This document shows, one piece after another, positions 18,628 through 20,810 of a stretch of DNA of 20,810 nt. The position numbers and the translations under genes were made by a program. The stretch is from Octopus sinensis (lineage: Eukaryota): the NCBI RefSeq assembly GCF_006345805.1, contig NW_021823772.1, positions 1 to 20,810 on the forward strand, given 5' to 3'. The first letter of the stretch is position 1. Every line of letters starts with the position of its first letter. The notes beneath the pieces are model-generated. The model was not told where the DNA came from and did not search any database. It saw only the letters and a program-made list of their open reading frames with translations.

Positions 18628-20810
18628 TTATTTTTTAGATGGAGATTTCCTAAAATATATAAATTAGATTGATACTTTTTTTTAGCTGAAGTAGATTTTG
18701 TACTTATTTTAGCTATTGATTACTTACCACGAACATCTAACCTTTATTTGTAGAAACTGGGGTAGCATTCGGGCGTTCCACATTCTAAACATAAACCAGA
18801 GGCCCATACATCTTCAAGTTCTAGTTCTTCGTTTTCTTTCGTAAGATCATCGAGATCCTCGTCCGTTATTATGCCAAAAGATTTGCTCTATGAAATAAAA
18901 AACAAACGCTACGTGCACATTCGATATATCGTAGCAATCAATTTCTTTAATTATCTATAAAGTTTTATTTGTCCTAATACTTTTATCCACTCATTCAAGA
19001 CCTCACTATCCTGCTCTGTGATCGCAGCGTGTCTCAGTGATATTTTCAATTTTTTCAACTCGTCGATGTCTTGTGGTTTTATGCACCGGCGACATTGCAT
19101 GATGACCGAACAGAGACTCAGTCGCACAATGGGGACGGGGTCATTGATCATGTCAATCAGATGAGAGACAAAGTGAATTTTGTTGAACCTCCTGGAATTT
19201 AGTTCAAACGAGTTTTTTGCAACATCAATGAATATAATCCGAAAATAACAATTTTGATTGAAACAGAATTCTAAATGTCAAATAAGCCACTAAAAACCAT
19301 TGAATATTTTTTGCAGAAATTCCTGTTGTTTCTGCTTTGGCTTTGTATACCGAATAATCATAATAATCAGCGAAACATACGAATCAATGACCGGTAATGG
19401 AAGCTATGATATAAACAAAAATTTTTAAGTCACCGAGCTTTTAAGATGTCTCCAAATAGAGGGAACAAATTTTTGGTAAATTACGTTCGATGGAAGTAAT
19501 TTCCAACACTTTTTAAACTGTTCGACAAATTTTACGTGAAGATGCCATTCGTATGTATTAATCAAAAGGGCCTCTATTTCTTGAAAGATTTTTATAAATT
19601 CGTTGATATACTCACACTAGTGGATTATTAGAAAGAAGTACGGTTATATTTTTACTTTCCTTGTGCCCTTTTGGGATATTTAAGAACAAAGTGACTATTT
19701 CACCCAGATTGGGAATTATCTCACAAATAACCTAATCATGTTGCTAAAAAAAACCTCAAGTTTGACATTTTTACATAGCTCTACAAATTGAGGCTGGACA
19801 CAGTAAACACTCAAACCCAAACCCAACATGATCTATCATCTTTATTCAGAACTAAATAACCTCCAAAAAAGTTTTTGCGACTGTTTTTTTAAGTTCAAGT
19901 TCAGAATCTTTCACGAGCGTTTTAAGACAGATGTGGAGATGTGAATGGAATAAAGCAACCCCTGCAATTTGTAAAACTTTCTAAGCAAAAAACAAATCCA
20001 GTTATACTCCAAAATTCATTGCAAAGCCCAGTTTGCAGTTAAGGTTCAGCGATTTTGAAATTTTTAGAAGAAATATTTCCTATAATAAATAAAAAATAGA
20101 ACATCATTTTTATCATCGAGAAAACAAAGGTTGGCAAAATACTCAACGAACCAACGCATTTGATGGTCAGTGATGTCTCCTGAGACATGACATTTAATTC
20201 TCATCAAACGTTTAAAATTGTCGAGGAATAATGAAAACTGTCGAGCAATCACTTGAAGTGTGTCTTCGCATTTGTTGTAAGATTCTTGGAACAGTTTTAT
20301 AATCATGGAAATGTATCCTTTCTTGACTTCTGACAAACTTAATGAGGAGATGTCGGTACATTACCGGTGTCTAGAATCGGCAAGATGCAAGCCAACGTTT
20401 CCACTGCAGCCGATTTGACAATAATAGAATCGTCTTTCAACAATTCCAGGAGTTCTGGAACTATTGACATGGCTGTGTTCTGGCCTCCAATTCTACTCTA
20501 ATAGCACATTTTATGTACCGCGATATGTGACGTAATTCTCCACACATTGCAGCTCGTACGTCGTAGTCAATATCTTGACATAGATCTTTGACTAGACGAA
20601 ACATTTTTTCAACCATCCTAAGATTTGAAAACATACATGACACGTCTTGTTTCTAATTTTATTTAACATAGGAGTGATTAGTCGACAACTGAGAATCCTA
20701 CTTCCCACTGACTTGGAAATAATTGCATTTTGTATTGAAAGAGGCATTATTTGGCACATCACAGTGTCTTGGGTCAAATAAGGAGTCACTCGAATTAGTC
20801 CTTCAAACCA
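18628..20810 (-). CDS. PPP4R4: Protein phosphatase 4 regulatory subunit 4 (HEAT repeats); 3' part only, 5' end beyond the window, ~16 micro-introns
   Basis: Colinear blocks: LVKDLCQDIDYDVRAAMC, VPELLELLKDD...AAVETL, LVKDSELELKKTVAKTFLE, YEWHLHVKFVEQF, LPVID..IIRYTKPKQKQQE, INDPVPIVRLSLC, EQDSEV and DDLTKENEEL. These match human PPP4R4 as recalled (e.g. LVKSLCQDVEYEVRSCMC, THDPVANVRMKLC). The stop position depends on the last predicted intron. Confidence 0.85.

Overview
This is eukaryotic, almost certainly animal, DNA from a very compact genome that uses the standard genetic code. Its spliceosomal GT-AG introns are only about 19-35 nt long. That pattern fits what is known of dicyemid mesozoans, but the taxon is my inference and is not shown by the sequence. 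From left to right the window holds: three abutting tandem satellites (52, ~95 and 47 bp units; 1-2510); a decayed CRE-type (RLE endonuclease) retrotransposon 3' end; tRNA-Arg(ACG); MRPS21; an orphan ORF; and a PRUNE exopolyphosphatase. Next comes a HOGA1/DHDPS-family gene split in its last exon by a full-length 4.15 kb LINE with a 13-bp target-site duplication. After that are more CRE-like fragments, an older decayed relative of the same LINE, two hAT transposase remnants around a possible orphan multi-exon gene, and the 3' part of an intron-dense PPP4R4. Single-base indels, many in homopolymers, interrupt several conserved genes and the LINE, so some frameshifts are probably assembly errors. 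The strongest observations are the LINE-disrupted HOGA1, which also lacks its Schiff-base lysine, and the micro-introns. More speculative are a possible LC8-binding QTD motif shared by both LINE ORF1 tails and the telomere-like polarity of the first satellite. I found no convincing new multi-gene system. All protein identifications are by recalled motifs; no database searches were run.
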